From the NCBI GenBank assembly GCA_963764715.1, contig CAVXTP010000015.1:64001-128000 (forward strand): a stretch of DNA of 64,000 bases. Reading direction: 5' to 3'. Of this stretch, positions 18,061 through 28,280 are shown piece by piece (the stretch's first letter is position 1; each line of letters opens with the position of its first letter). The translations under genes and the position numbers were made by a program. Below the pieces are notes generated by a model. It had not been told where the DNA came from, searched no databases, and worked only from the letters and a program-made list of their open reading frames with translations. Source of the DNA: an uncultured Acidobacteriota bacterium (GTDB lineage Bacteria > Acidobacteriota > Thermoanaerobaculia > UBA5066 > Gp7-AA6).

Positions 18061-20328
18061 ATGAAACGCTTTCGGCTCCTTGCGGGCGTCCTTCTCGCCG
18101 CGGCCCCGCTCCTCGCCCAGACGCCCGCCGCGAAGCCCGCCGATCCCCTTTCCGCCCAGCTCGACCGGATCTTCAACCAGAAGGCCTACGAGGAAAAAAA
18201 GTTCGGCCCTTTCCAGTGGCTCGACCGCGGCAAGGCCTACGCGACGGTGGAGCCTTCGGCCGCGACCGCCGACGGAAAGGACATCGTCCGCTACGACGCC
18301 TCGACCGGAGCGCGCCGCGTCCTCGTCCCGGCCGCGAGTCTCGTCCCGGCGCCGGGGGGCAAGCCCCTCGCGATCGACGGCTATGACTGGTCGAAGGACG
18401 GAAAGAAGCTCCTCCTCTTCACCAACACGAAGAAAGTCTGGCGCCAGAAGACGCGCGGCGATTACTGGGTCCTCGACCTCGCGTCGGGACGGCTCCGCCA
18501 GGCCGGCGCCGACAAGCCCGCGTCGACACTCATGTTCGCGAAGCTCTCGCCGGACGGCGGGCGGGTCGCCTACGTGCAGGGCAACGACCTCTGGGTCGAG
18601 GACGTCGCCTCCGGCAAGGTCACCCGCCTGACCTCGGACGGCGGCCCGACGACGATCAACGGCACGGCCGACTGGGTCTACGAAGAGGAGTTCGGCATTC
18701 GCGACGGCTTCCGCTGGAGCCCGGACGGCCAGGACATCGCGTTCTGGCACTTCGACGCGAGCGGCATCGGCGACTTCCAGCTCATCAACGACACGGACAC
18801 GCTCTACCCGGTCGTGACCCACATCCCGTACCCGAAGGTCGGCACGACGAACTCGGCGGTGAAGGTCGGGATCGTCTCCGCCGCCGGCGGGACCCCGCGC
18901 TGGGTCGATCTGCCGGGCGATCCGCGCAACATGTACGTCGCGCGCATGGAGTACGTCGATTTCTCCGGCGAGGTCGTGATCCAGCAGTTGAACCGCCTCC
19001 AGAACTCCAACGACGTCTGGCTGGTGACGCCGGCGACCGGCAAGGCCCGGAAGATGCTCCACGACGAGGACCGGGCCTGGGTCGACGTCGTCGAGTCGTG
19101 GCAATGGCTTCCCGCCCGGGAGCTGCTGTGGATCAGCGAGAAGCACGGCTGGCGCCACGCCTACGCCGCGCCCCGCGACGGGACGGACTGGCGCCTGCTG
19201 ACCCCCGGGGACTTCGACATCGAGTCGGTCGAGGGGATCGACGACCGCAACGAGTTCCTCTACTTCATCGCGTCCCCCACGGACGCCACGCGGCGGTACC
19301 TGTACCGCGCCCGGATCGACGGGCGCGGCACGCCGGAACGCGTGACCCCCGCGGGCCAGACCGGAATTCACGCCTACAAGATCTCGCCCGACGGGAAGTA
19401 CGCCGTCCACACCTTCTCGACGATCGACCGGCCCCCGGTGACCGATCTCGTCCAGCTCCCCTCCCACCGGACGGTCCGCGTCCTCGAGGACAACAAGGCG
19501 CTCGCCGCGGCGGTCGCGCCGCTCATGACGCCCGCGACCGAGTTCTTCCAGGTCGACATCGGCGGAGGCGTCAAGCTCGACGGCTGGATGGTCAAGCCGA
19601 AGAGCTTCGACCCGTCGAAGAAGTACCCGCTCCTCATGTACGTCTACGGCGAGCCCGCCGGCGTCGAGGTCACCGACGACTGGGTCGGGGGCGCGAGTTA
19701 CCGGATGCTCTTTCACCGGGCGCTCGCCGACGCCGGCTACGTCGTCGCCTGCGTCGACAACCGGGGGACGCCCTCGCTCAAGGGTCGCGACTGGCGCAAG
19801 ATGATCTACGGCGAGATCGGCGTCCTGGCGACGCAGGACCAGACCGCGGCGGTCAAGGCGATGCTCGCCGGGCGTCCCTGGCTCGATCCCGAGCGGGTCG
19901 CGTCCTGGGGCTGGAGCGGGGGCGGCTCGATGACCCTGAACCTCCTCTTCCGCTCACCCGACGTCTACAGGGTCGGAATGTCCGTCGCGCCGGTCCCCGA
20001 CCAGACGCTCTACGACACCATCTACCAGGAACGGTACATGGGGCTGCCGAAGGACAACGCGGAGGGGTACCGGAAGGGCTCGCCCATCAACTTCGCCGAG
20101 GGCCTGAAAGGCAAGCTGCTTCTCGTCCACGGCTCCGGCGACGACAACGTCCACTACCAGGGCTCGGAGCGGCTCATCAACCGCCTGATCGTCCTCGGAA
20201 AGCCCTTCGACTTCATGGTCTACCCCAACCGCACCCACGCGATCGACGAGGGCGACGGCACGTCGTATCACCTGCATTCGCTCCTCGCGCGCTACCTCAG
20301 GGAGAACCTGAAGGCGGGGCCGAAATAG
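18061..20328 (+). CDS. S9B dipeptidyl peptidase IV family, secreted
   Basis: Signal peptide; DWVYEEE, YPKVG, GWSGGG, HGSGDDNVH, YPNRTH. Confidence 0.93.
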   Translation: MKRFRLLAGVLLAAAPLLAQTPAAKPADPLSAQLDRIFNQKAYEEKKFGPFQWLDRGKAYATVEPSAATADGKDIVRYDASTGARRVLVPAASLVPAPGGKPLAIDGYDWSKDGKKLLLFTNTKKVWRQKTRGDYWVLDLASGRLRQAGADKPASTLMFAKLSPDGGRVAYVQGNDLWVEDVASGKVTRLTSDGGPTTINGTADWVYEEEFGIRDGFRWSPDGQDIAFWHFDASGIGDFQLINDTDTLYPVVTHIPYPKVGTTNSAVKVGIVSAAGGTPRWVDLPGDPRNMYVARMEYVDFSGEVVIQQLNRLQNSNDVWLVTPATGKARKMLHDEDRAWVDVVESWQWLPARELLWISEKHGWRHAYAAPRDGTDWRLLTPGDFDIESVEGIDDRNEFLYFIASPTDATRRYLYRARIDGRGTPERVTPAGQTGIHAYKISPDGKYAVHTFSTIDRPPVTDLVQLPSHRTVRVLEDNKALAAAVAPLMTPATEFFQVDIGGGVKLDGWMVKPKSFDPSKKYPLLMYVYGEPAGVEVTDDWVGGASYRMLFHRALADAGYVVACVDNRGTPSLKGRDWRKMIYGEIGVLATQDQTAAVKAMLAGRPWLDPERVASWGWSGGGSMTLNLLFRSPDVYRVGMSVAPVPDQTLYDTIYQERYMGLPKDNAEGYRKGSPINFAEGLKGKLLLVHGSGDDNVHYQGSERLINRLIVLGKPFDFMVYPNRTHAIDEGDGTSYHLHSLLARYLRENLKAGPK

Positions 20329-20341
20329 GGCGCTCCGGTTC

Positions 20342-21219
20342 GTAGGGGCGGGGCTTGTCCCCGCCCTCGCCTTCGCATCGGCGGACCGCGTTCACGACCT
20401 GCGCGAGTGGGCGGCCACGGTCCGACCACCGAAGGTCAGCCCACGGCAGTAGGAGGCGCCGTCCAGAGGACGGCGACAACCCAGGGCCGCCCCTACGACC
20501 GAGAAGGCGCGGCCTCGACCCGCCGCCCGAGGTTCGTAGGGGCGGGGCTTGTCCCCGCCCTCGCCTTCGCATCGGCGGACCGCGTTCACGACCTGCGCGA
20601 GTGGGCGGCCACAAGGGCCGCCCCTACGACCGAGAAGACGCGGCCACGACGCCGCCGCCCGAGGTTCGTAGGGGCGGGGCTTGTCCCCGCCCTCTTCCTC
20701 CCGTCGGCAGACCGCGTTCACGACCTGCTTGAGTGGGCGGCCACAAGGGCCGCCCCTACGACCGAGAAGGCGCGGCCTCGACGCCGCCGCCCGAGGTTCG
20801 TAGGGGCGGGGCTTGTCCCCGCCCTCTTCCTCCCGTCGGCAGACCGCGTTCACGACCTGCTTGAGTGGGCGGCCACAAGGGCCGCCCCTACGACCGAGAA
20901 GGCGCGGCCTCGACGCCGCCGCCCGAGGTTCGTAGGGGCGGGGCTTGTCCCCGCCCTCTTTCTCCCCCTCGGCAGACCGCGTTCACGACCTGCTTGAGTG
21001 GGCGGCCACGGTCCGACCACCGAAGGTCAGCCCACGGCAGTAGGAGGCGCCGTCCAGAGGACGGCGACAACCCAGGGCCGCCCCTACGACCGAGAAGGCG
21101 CGGCCTCGACGCCGCCGCCCGAGGTTCGTAGGGGCGGGCTTGTCCCTGCCCTCTTTCTCCCCCTCGGCAGACCGCGTTCACGACTTGCGCGAGTGGGCGG
21201 CCACAAGGGCCGCCCCTAC
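20342..21219. repeat. Tandem array of six REP doublets (BIME/REPIN-like); unit about 132 bp, units 1 and 5 carry a 64-nt loop insert
   Basis: GTAG starts at 20342, 20536, 20668, 20800, 20932, 21128 (periods 194, 132, 132, 132, 196); lies between convergent genes. Confidence 0.95.
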
Positions 21220-21264
21220 GACCGGGAGGGGCGGCTACAACCCCGCCAGCCGGGTTGGGGCGAC

Positions 21265-22098
21265 TCAGCGCAGCACGGACTCCAGGACCGCCGACGCGTC
21301 GGTGCGCGCGTCGCGGTACTTGACGATCACGGGCGTCTGGAGCGAAAGGCCCCATTCCGCGCCCCGGCCCTCGCGGATCGCCCGCGCGCCGGGCACGACG
21401 ACGGCGCCGGCCGGGATCTCGAGCGGCGCGTCGCCGGTCCGGCGATAGATCTGCCCCTTCACGACGTCGTAGACCGGTGTCGAGCCCGTCAGGATCACGC
21501 CGGCGCCGATGATCGCGCCCGCGCGCACGATCGCGCCCTCGTAGATCCCGGAGTTGCCGCCGACGAGGACGTCGTCTTCGAGCACGACGGGCAGGGCGCC
21601 CACGGGCTCGAGGACGCCGCCGATCTGGACGCCCGCGGAAAGGTGCACGCGCTTTCCCACCTGCGCGCACGAGCCCACCAGGGCGTTCGAATCGATCATC
21701 GTCCCGGCGTCGACGTACGCGCCGACGTTCACATACGAGGGCGGCATGAGGATCACGCCCGGGCCCAGGTACACGCCCCGCCGCACGGACGTGCCTCCCG
21801 GGACGATGCGGACGCCGCTCGCCGCGGACAGCGTCTTCAGCGGAAACGTGTCCTTGTCGAGGAACCGCAGGGGCCCGGCCATCGGGAGCTCCGTCAGCGT
21901 GCCGATGCGAAAGCCGAGGAGGATGCCGCGCTTGACCCAGGGCCGCGCCACCCAGCGGCCGCCCTCGTGCTCGGCCGCGCGGACGCGGCCGTGGTCGAGC
22001 TCCGCGAGCAGGTCCGCAACCGCCCGCCGTGCCTCGTCCCCGGAGGCGCCGGGGTCGCCGAAGAGCGCGTCGATCCGCCGTTCGAGCGCGTCGCTCAA
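21265..22098 (-). CDS. dapD: Tetrahydrodipicolinate N-succinyltransferase
   Basis: [12 protein letters not shown].....[36 protein letters not shown]; TTG start overlaps the dapA stop. Confidence 0.92.
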   Translation of the reverse strand: MSDALERRIDALFGDPGASGDEARRAVADLLAELDHGRVRAAEHEGGRWVARPWVKRGILLGFRIGTLTELPMAGPLRFLDKDTFPLKTLSAASGVRIVPGGTSVRRGVYLGPGVILMPPSYVNVGAYVDAGTMIDSNALVGSCAQVGKRVHLSAGVQIGGVLEPVGALPVVLEDDVLVGGNSGIYEGAIVRAGAIIGAGVILTGSTPVYDVVKGQIYRRTGDAPLEIPAGAVVVPGARAIREGRGAEWGLSLQTPVIVKYRDARTDASAVLESVLR

Positions 22099-23018
22099 CG
22101 GCTTCCGGCCCCCCTCTTGGTCAGGAGCCGGTAGCTCCCGAGCATCCGCTCGATCTTGCGGCGGGTGTCGTCCCGCACCGGGACGAGCGGGAGTCGCAGC
22201 GTCTCGCCGCACTTCTTCATGAGGGAGAGCGCGCACTTGACCGGGCCGGGATTGGATTCCCAGTAGTTCATCTCCATCAGCGGCTCGTACTTGCGCTGGA
22301 GCTCGAGCGCCCGCTCGCGGTTGTTGTCGAGGGCGGCGCGGACGAGCTCCCCCATCTCCTTCGGGATCTCGTTGGCGACCACCGACACCACGCCGCGCGC
22401 GCCGAGAGCGATCAACGCGAGCGCCGTCGCGTCGGTGCCGGAGAAGACCGCGAAATCGGGAGGCAGCGTCGCCATCAGCTTGGCGAGCTTGCTGAAGTCG
22501 GAGGAGGACTCCTGGAGCCCGGCGACGTTGGGGATCTCGGCGAGCCTCAGGATGGTCTCAACGTCGAGGTCGAGTCCCGACCGGGACGGCGTGTTGTAGA
22601 TGATCATCGGCAGGTCGGTCGCGTCGGCGATCGCCGAGAAGTGCCGGAGGAGGCCCTCCGGGCTCGGCTGGTTGTACATCGGCGTCACCGACACGATGCC
22701 GTCGGCCTTGGCCGCGGCGGCGTCGCGAGCCCAGAAGACCGCGCGGGCCGTGTGGTTGCCGCCGGCGCCCGCGATCACGGGGACGCGGCCGTTCGACGCG
22801 CGCACGACCGCGGCCGTGACGGCCTTGCGGTCGTCGCGCGAAAGCGTGGGCGATTCCCCCGTCGTCCCGCACGGGACGAGGAAGTCGACGCCCTGGCCGA
22901 TCTGCCAGTCGGCCAGCTGCTCGAGAGGGCCGAACGCGATGCGGCCCTTGTCGTCGAACGGGGTGACGAGGGCCGTGCCGCAGCCTCTCCAGTCCACGCG
23001 CTTACCGCTCGTCTTCAC
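22095..23018 (-). CDS. dapA: 4-hydroxy-tetrahydrodipicolinate synthase homolog (catalytic Lys replaced by Gln)
   Basis: [41 protein letters not shown]; GLQESS where GxKE is expected. Confidence 0.85.
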   Translation of the reverse strand: MKTSGKRVDWRGCGTALVTPFDDKGRIAFGPLEQLADWQIGQGVDFLVPCGTTGESPTLSRDDRKAVTAAVVRASNGRVPVIAGAGGNHTARAVFWARDAAAAKADGIVSVTPMYNQPSPEGLLRHFSAIADATDLPMIIYNTPSRSGLDLDVETILRLAEIPNVAGLQESSSDFSKLAKLMATLPPDFAVFSGTDATALALIALGARGVVSVVANEIPKEMGELVRAALDNNRERALELQRKYEPLMEMNYWESNPGPVKCALSLMKKCGETLRLPLVPVRDDTRRKIERMLGSYRLLTKRGAGSR

Positions 23019-23095
23019 GAAGCCTCCTTCATTGCGGCGGATCCGGGGGAGCCAACCGTATAATCGTTTCGCATCCGGGATCGAGAAAAAAGTCC

Positions 23096-23494
23096 GTGAC
23101 CAACGCCGCCGGCCCCCGCTGTCCGCGCTGCCACCGGCCCCTGGCCGCCTGGCGGCTGAATCACTGCGTGTACTGCGGGGAGGCGTTCCCGGCGGACCTG
23201 AAGGACGGCCACACGGAGCCCGAGGCCCTCAAGTGGGTCGAGCGGCCGGGCCTGCCGGCCGACGTCTCGAAGAAGCTCGAGTTGATGAAGTACGTCCCGA
23301 CCGAGGGACGGCGGAAGGGGAACCGCTTCGTCGCGGCCGCGGCGCTCGTCTCGATCCCGATCTTCGCGGTGATCTTCTTCCTGACGTACCGCATGCTCTA
23401 CCGGTTCTCCCCCGTCGCCAGCCTCGCGGCCATGCTGGCGGGCGTCGGCGTGATCACCTACCTCGGCTGGATCTTCTACAAGACCCGAGGCTAG
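23096..23494 (+). CDS. Hypothetical zinc-ribbon membrane protein
   Basis: CPRC...CVYC followed by two C-terminal TM segments; TATAAT upstream. Confidence 0.65.
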   Translation: MTNAAGPRCPRCHRPLAAWRLNHCVYCGEAFPADLKDGHTEPEALKWVERPGLPADVSKKLELMKYVPTEGRRKGNRFVAAAALVSIPIFAVIFFLTYRMLYRFSPVASLAAMLAGVGVITYLGWIFYKTRG

Positions 23495-23585
23495 GAGTCA
23501 GTCTTCACCGTTTTTCGGATTTCGGTCGAGCAGCGACTGCAAGTCCCACGGCTCGCGAAATCCGAAAAATGAAGACCTGACCCCC
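23494..23585. repeat. GGGGTCAGGTCTTCA-type inverted-repeat mini-element between convergent genes
   Basis: gtcagtcttcac..tttttcggatttcg ... cgaaatccgaaaaatgaagacctgaccccc; related copy at 28188. Confidence 0.75.
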
Positions 23586-23590
23586 TTTTT

Positions 23591-24505
23591 CTAGTCGAAC
23601 AGTCCCTTCGGCGGCCCGGAATCGCGGATCGGGATTCCGAGCTCCCGGGCGAGGGCGCGGATCGTGAGGGGCGCGCAGCCCTCGGCGCGGTTGTTGACCA
23701 GGACGAAGGCGTCTGCTCCGCCCTCGGTGATGTGCCGGACGAGGCGCACCAGGTCGCGGCGCATGTCCTCGCGCGGCGCGAGGATCCGGTCGTACGGCCG
23801 GAAGCGCTCGACGGCCTGCTCGTACGGCACGCCCGGGGGAACGAGGATCCGCGTCACCGAGAAGTCGGCCGGCAGAGGCTGCGCGGCCTCCCACTGCTCG
23901 GAGAGCGGCGGGGTGCGCGTCCACCAGTTGAAGACGTGCGCGGCGCCGCGGCGCCGGAGCACGTCGAAGTAGTCGGGCTGGAAATACTCCGGCGTGCGGA
24001 TCTCGACGGCCCAGCGCAGCCCCGCGGGCGACTCCTGCAGGAAACCGTCGAGCTTCTCGAGAAAGGCGCGCCGGCGCTCCGGCGAGGGCTGCCACTCCGT
24101 CGGAAACTCCAGGATGAAAGGCCCCGTGTGACCGCCGAACGCCGAGCGGTACGGCGGCAGCACCTCGTCGCGGAAGACGCGCGGATCGAGCCAGCGCGGG
24201 TTGTCCTGTCCTCCCCGGCCGGCGTGGCGCGGCAGGTCCGGGAAGCGCGGCATCGTGAGCTCCTCCCAGACCTTGGAGAGGACCGGGAAGCCGGGAGGCA
24301 GCGCCGCCGCGTAGCGCGCGAGCTGACGCTCGGTCGGCGGCCGGTAGAAGGTGAAGTCGAACTCGACGGTCCGGAACGGCTCGTAGCGGGCGTACTCGCG
24401 CAGGCAGTCGACCTTGAACGTCGCCTGCCGGTAGCGGTCGTGGTAGACGATGCCCTTCCAGCCTTCGTAGGCGAAGCTCGCCGTGCCGAAGAGGATCTCC
24501 GCCAC
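23591..24505 (-). CDS. DUF72 domain protein
   Basis: GTASFAYEGWKG..Y, LREYA, TVEFDFTFY..P, FILEFP, AVEIR, VNNRAEG. Confidence 0.88.
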   Translation of the reverse strand: MAEILFGTASFAYEGWKGIVYHDRYRQATFKVDCLREYARYEPFRTVEFDFTFYRPPTERQLARYAAALPPGFPVLSKVWEELTMPRFPDLPRHAGRGGQDNPRWLDPRVFRDEVLPPYRSAFGGHTGPFILEFPTEWQPSPERRRAFLEKLDGFLQESPAGLRWAVEIRTPEYFQPDYFDVLRRRGAAHVFNWWTRTPPLSEQWEAAQPLPADFSVTRILVPPGVPYEQAVERFRPYDRILAPREDMRRDLVRLVRHITEGGADAFVLVNNRAEGCAPLTIRALARELGIPIRDSGPPKGLFD

Positions 24506-24537
24506 GCCCGGCAGTATCTCCCACGTAGAATCGGCCC

Positions 24538-25017
24538 GTGATCCCGCTGCGCGGCCCGGCCGAGATCGCGTCGAAGCTGGAGGTCGCCGCGGCCGAGCGA
24601 CTCCTCCTCGTCGACGCCCCTCCCGAGTTCGAGCGGCTGCTCGAGGCCGCCGCCGCGTCTCCCGGCCAGGCCGTGCGGACGGCGGAGGCGCGCGCCATCC
24701 GGTCCGTCAAGGACTCCTTCGACTGGATCCTGCTCTGGCAGGAAAGCCGCGTCGGCTCGCGCGCGCTCTTCGAGCACGCCGTCAAACGGCTCGAGCCGAA
24801 GGGCCGGCTCTGGGTCGTCACCGCGATGAAGAAGGTCCAGGGACCGAAGACTCCGGCCGGGGAACGGCTCGAAGCCGACGACCTGCGGAAGGGCTTCGCG
24901 AAGGAGGGCCTGAGCTGCGACCGCGAGGCCCGGCTATCGGCCTGGCACGTGGGTTACCGCTTCACGCGCGGCGACGGCGGGGAGCCTACTCGACGTACGG
25001 GAAGAACCGGCCGGTGA
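24538..25017 (+). CDS. Hypothetical protein (DUF3052-like)
   Basis: ASKL....., LEPKGRLWV...KK pattern; TAGAAT 6 nt upstream of the GTG. Confidence 0.6.
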   Translation: MIPLRGPAEIASKLEVAAAERLLLVDAPPEFERLLEAAAASPGQAVRTAEARAIRSVKDSFDWILLWQESRVGSRALFEHAVKRLEPKGRLWVVTAMKKVQGPKTPAGERLEADDLRKGFAKEGLSCDREARLSAWHVGYRFTRGDGGEPTRRTGRTGR

Positions 25018-25303
25018 CGCGGAAGAACCGGCCGCTCGGGGGCTCGACGGTCAGCTGGCAGCGCGAGACCTCGAGCGTCGTCGAGAACGAGACCCCGGGG
25101 GCCGTGAGGCTGACGGGGTACTTCGTCCCCACCTTGAGGGGCGCGTCGAAGTCGAAGCGGACCCCGGTCGGAGACACGTCGAGCACCTGACGTGCCTTCT
25201 CCCACCGGATCTTCAGCTCGTACTGCTCCGGCTTGAGTCTCTTGCCGGCTCGGGAGTCCTCGATCGGACCCCTGACCGGCGGATCGGTCTTTCGCTCTGC
25301 CAT
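24986..25303 (-). CDS. Stand-alone PilZ-like domain protein
   Basis: RAGKR (RxxxR) and DVSPTG (DxSxxG) motifs, then a beta-rich region. Confidence 0.6.
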   Translation of the reverse strand: MAERKTDPPVRGPIEDSRAGKRLKPEQYELKIRWEKARQVLDVSPTGVRFDFDAPLKVGTKYPVSLTAPGVSFSTTLEVSRCQLTVEPPSGRFFRVTGRFFPYVE

Positions 25304-25422
25304 TGTGCTCCGGGGAAACTAGCCTACTCCCGTTTCCCTACGCTTCAAAAAGCGCGCCACGGGCCGGCTGCGGCCCGCGTCCCCTGCGGGGGCCGGGCAG
25401 TCTACACCAGCCCGGCGGCCGC

Positions 25423-26400
25423 TCAGGCGAGGACGTCGCGCCGGGCGAAAACGAGGAAAGCCGCCGCGACGGCGCCGGCCGCCCAGGCCCCCAGGACGGC
25501 CGCCGCAAAGGCCACGCTCAGGCCCGGGATCGGCGGCGGCGACCCCGAGTAGTAGTCGGGCAGCGGCAGGTTGGTCACGAAAAGGTACTTCTGCGCCTCC
25601 CAGGAGGAGGCCAGGCGCGGAAGGATCGTGCCCGCGATCAGCGCCGCCAGCATCGTGCCCATGGACGCGGCCGTCGACCGCAGCAGCACCGAGGTCAGCA
25701 GGGCGATCGCGCCCACGCAGAGCATCGCGAACCAGGCGAGCCCGTAGACGAGGATCGTCTCCTTCCAGAGGGCGACCGACCGGACCGTCGAAGCGTCGAA
25801 GGTCTCGCCGCCGACGCGGAAGCCCGTCAGGATGGGCGCCCCCCAGCCCGAGTATCCGTAGGCGAAGCCGCCGAAGACGTAGGCCACGATCCCGCCGAAG
25901 ACCACCGTCAGGGTGATCGCCAGGAAGAGGGCCGCGAGCTTGGAGGCGAGGACCCGCGATCGTCCGACCGGCCGCGTGAGCAGCAGCTTGATCGTGCCCT
26001 GCTGAAACTCCGCCGACACGATGTCCGACGCGAACACGATCGCGAGAAGCGGCAGCAGCAGGTAGCTCGAGGCGTTCGCGAAGGCGCGCGCGAAGAGAGG
26101 GCCCGAGATCGCGTCCGGGTCGACGTTGCGGTCGACGTGGTACTGCAGCCGGCCGAGCTCGAACCGCGCCCAGCGCCGCCAGGTCGGCGGCGTGCGCGAG
26201 TCGCGGAGCCTTCCCTGCAGCCACGACATCCGCTCCTGCGCCTCGACCCTCCAGTCCTTCTCGTGGAACCTCTCCCGCGCGCGGGACTGCGCGAAGACGA
26301 TCAGCCCGATGAGCGCGACGAGGATCAGGACGACGACGCGGAAGCGCCGCTGGCGGGCGATCTTGAGCAGCTCGTTCTCGACGAGCCCGGGAAATCTCAT
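25423..26400 (-). CDS. ABC-2 type transporter permease
   Basis: NELLK, ASDIVSAEFQQGTIKLLLTRPVGRSRVLASK, F.RRDV end. Confidence 0.9.
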   Translation of the reverse strand: MRFPGLVENELLKIARQRRFRVVVLILVALIGLIVFAQSRARERFHEKDWRVEAQERMSWLQGRLRDSRTPPTWRRWARFELGRLQYHVDRNVDPDAISGPLFARAFANASSYLLLPLLAIVFASDIVSAEFQQGTIKLLLTRPVGRSRVLASKLAALFLAITLTVVFGGIVAYVFGGFAYGYSGWGAPILTGFRVGGETFDASTVRSVALWKETILVYGLAWFAMLCVGAIALLTSVLLRSTAASMGTMLAALIAGTILPRLASSWEAQKYLFVTNLPLPDYYSGSPPPIPGLSVAFAAAVLGAWAAGAVAAAFLVFARRDVLA

Positions 26401-27332
26401 ACGGTCTCGCCTCCCGTGATCTCGAGGAACACTTCTTCGAGGGTCGAGGCCGGCCGTTCCACGGTGAAGACGTCGATGCCGGCCGCGAGCAGCGCCCGGA
26501 GCGCCCCGGGGACCTTCTCCGGGGCAAGGCGCACCGATACGGTCCCTTCGCCGTCGGCGGCCGGCGCCTCCGACTCCACCTCGCCGAAGGCCGCGAGCTC
26601 CCGGGCGGCCGCGGCCGCCGGCCGGGCGCGCACCCGGACACGGTCCGAGGCCGCGCGCGCCGCCAGCTCACGGACGGAGCCCGAGGCGAGCGTGCGGCCC
26701 CGGTGGACGATGGCGACGCGGTCGCAGGTCTGCTCGATCTCCGAGAGGAGGTGGCTCGAGACGAAGACGGCGATCCCGCGCTCGGAGGCGAGGCGGCGGA
26801 CGAGGTGGCGGATCTCGCGGATGCCGGCGGGATCCAGGCCGTTGGCCGGCTCGTCGAGGATCAGGATGTCGGGGTTTCCGAGCAGCGCCTGCGCGATGCC
26901 GAGCCGCTGGCGCATGCCGAGCGAGTAGGTCGAAACCTTGTCGTCCAGCCTCTCCGAGAGCGAGACCATGGCCGCGAGCTCCTCGATCCGGTCGGCCGCG
27001 CCGCGCGGGAGCATCCGGCAGAAGTGCAGGAGATTCTCCCGCCCCGTCAGGTAGCGATAGAGGTCCGGCGACTCGACGATCGCCCCGACGTGCGCCATGG
27101 CGCGCGTGAAGTCCCGCGCCACGTCGAGGCCGCGGATCCGGACGTGCCCGCGGTCCGGGCGCGCGAGGCCGACGAGCATCCGGATCGTCGTCGTCTTACC
27201 GGCCCCGTTCGGGCCGAGGAATCCGAAGACTTCGCCCGCGCGGACCTCGAACGACACGTCGGAGACGGCCTCGCGCCGGCCGAAGCGCTTGGTCAGGTGC
27301 TCGGCCGCGAGGACGACCTCGGCTTCAGCCAC
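26397..27332 (-). CDS. ABC transporter ATP-binding protein
   Basis: GPNGAGKTT, YSLGMRQRL, LDEPANGLD, SSHLL. Confidence 0.92.
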   Translation of the reverse strand: MAEAEVVLAAEHLTKRFGRREAVSDVSFEVRAGEVFGFLGPNGAGKTTTIRMLVGLARPDRGHVRIRGLDVARDFTRAMAHVGAIVESPDLYRYLTGRENLLHFCRMLPRGAADRIEELAAMVSLSERLDDKVSTYSLGMRQRLGIAQALLGNPDILILDEPANGLDPAGIREIRHLVRRLASERGIAVFVSSHLLSEIEQTCDRVAIVHRGRTLASGSVRELAARAASDRVRVRARPAAAAARELAAFGEVESEAPAADGEGTVSVRLAPEKVPGALRALLAAGIDVFTVERPASTLEEVFLEITGGETV

Positions 27333-27390
27333 GGCGGCCCTGGACCGAACGCGGTTCGCGCATCGCATTGAACGTATCATCGGCTTCCGC

Positions 27391-28185
27391 ATGGCCCGCG
27401 TTCCCTCGCGCTTCTGGCTCTGGACGGCCCCCGTCGGGGTGGGGACCGCCGCGGCCCTCGTTCTGGCGGCGGGTTTCGCGCTCGCGCTGCGCGGCGCCGT
27501 CGGCGAGCCGATCGGCGAGCCGCCTCCCCCGCCGGCGCAGCCCGCGCCCCGTCCGGCCGCCGGAGGCATGCGGAGGATTCTCGTGATCGGGGACTCCCTC
27601 GCCCGCGGTACCGGCGACGAGGCGGCGCGGGGGTTCGCCCTCGACGTGCTCGACGCTCTCAAGAAGCGGGGACCGGCCGAGCTGACGAACCTGGGCGTCA
27701 ACGGGATGGAGTCGACCGAGATCCGCGCGCTCGTCGAGTCGCCGAACGTCCGGACGCTCGCCGCCCAGGCCGGGCTGATCCTCGTTTCGGCGGGGGGAAA
27801 CGACCTCTCCCACGCGGCGAGCCGCTCGACGGGCTCCCCCGCGGACCTCGCCGACGCCGTGACCGCGGCGCGCTCGACGTACGTCGACAACCTGCGCGCG
27901 ATCCTGCGCGCGCTTCGCGAGGCCAACCCGACGGCGCCGATCGCCGTCATCGGGCTCTACGACCCGTTCTCGGGCGAGTCGGGCCCGGGCCGGCTCGGAT
28001 CCTCGGTCATCCTCCAGTGGGACAACCTCGCCGCCGAAACCGCGCTGGCGTTTCCCGGCGTCACGGTCGTGCCGACGTTCGACATCTTCCAGGCTCGCGC
28101 GGACCGGCTGAGCGCGGACCGCTACCACCCCAACCGGAAGGGCTACGGGATGATCGCGGAACGGGTGCTGCAGTCCGTGGACTAG
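27391..28185 (+). CDS. SGNH/GDSL hydrolase, membrane-anchored
   Basis: GDSL, GGND, DRYHPN; N-terminal TM. Confidence 0.88.
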   Translation: MARVPSRFWLWTAPVGVGTAAALVLAAGFALALRGAVGEPIGEPPPPPAQPAPRPAAGGMRRILVIGDSLARGTGDEAARGFALDVLDALKKRGPAELTNLGVNGMESTEIRALVESPNVRTLAAQAGLILVSAGGNDLSHAASRSTGSPADLADAVTAARSTYVDNLRAILRALREANPTAPIAVIGLYDPFSGESGPGRLGSSVILQWDNLAAETALAFPGVTVVPTFDIFQARADRLSADRYHPNRKGYGMIAERVLQSVD

Positions 28186-28187
28186 AC

Positions 28188-28280
28188 GGGGGTCAGGTCT
28201 TCATTTTTCGGATTTCGCCAACGGCCACCCCTACAGCTCCGTCCTGGCCGAAATCTCGAAAAAGTGAATACCTGACCCCC
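28188..28280. repeat. GGGGTCAGGTCTTCA-type inverted-repeat mini-element between convergent genes
   Basis: gggggtcaggtcttcatttttcggatttcg ... cgaaatctcgaaaaagtgaatacctgaccccc. Confidence 0.8.

Noticed and set aside
20419-20482. Cassette as an HDV-like, hammerhead or twister ribozyme, or an integron attC site
   Set aside because: By eye I could not build the HDV P1/P3 nested pseudoknot. There is no CUGAUGA/GAAA core, no paired RYYYAAC...GTTRRRY ends and no integrase. This needs a formal search to exclude.
20342-21219. CRISPR array
   Set aside because: The spacers are near-identical rather than unique, the repeats are inverted REP pairs found elsewhere in the window, and no cas genes are present.
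20297-21260. ORFs over the repeat array (e.g. 20407-20997, 20392-20853)
   Set aside because: They are translations of REP DNA; the 132-bp unit is a multiple of 3, which keeps frames open. No start signals or domains.
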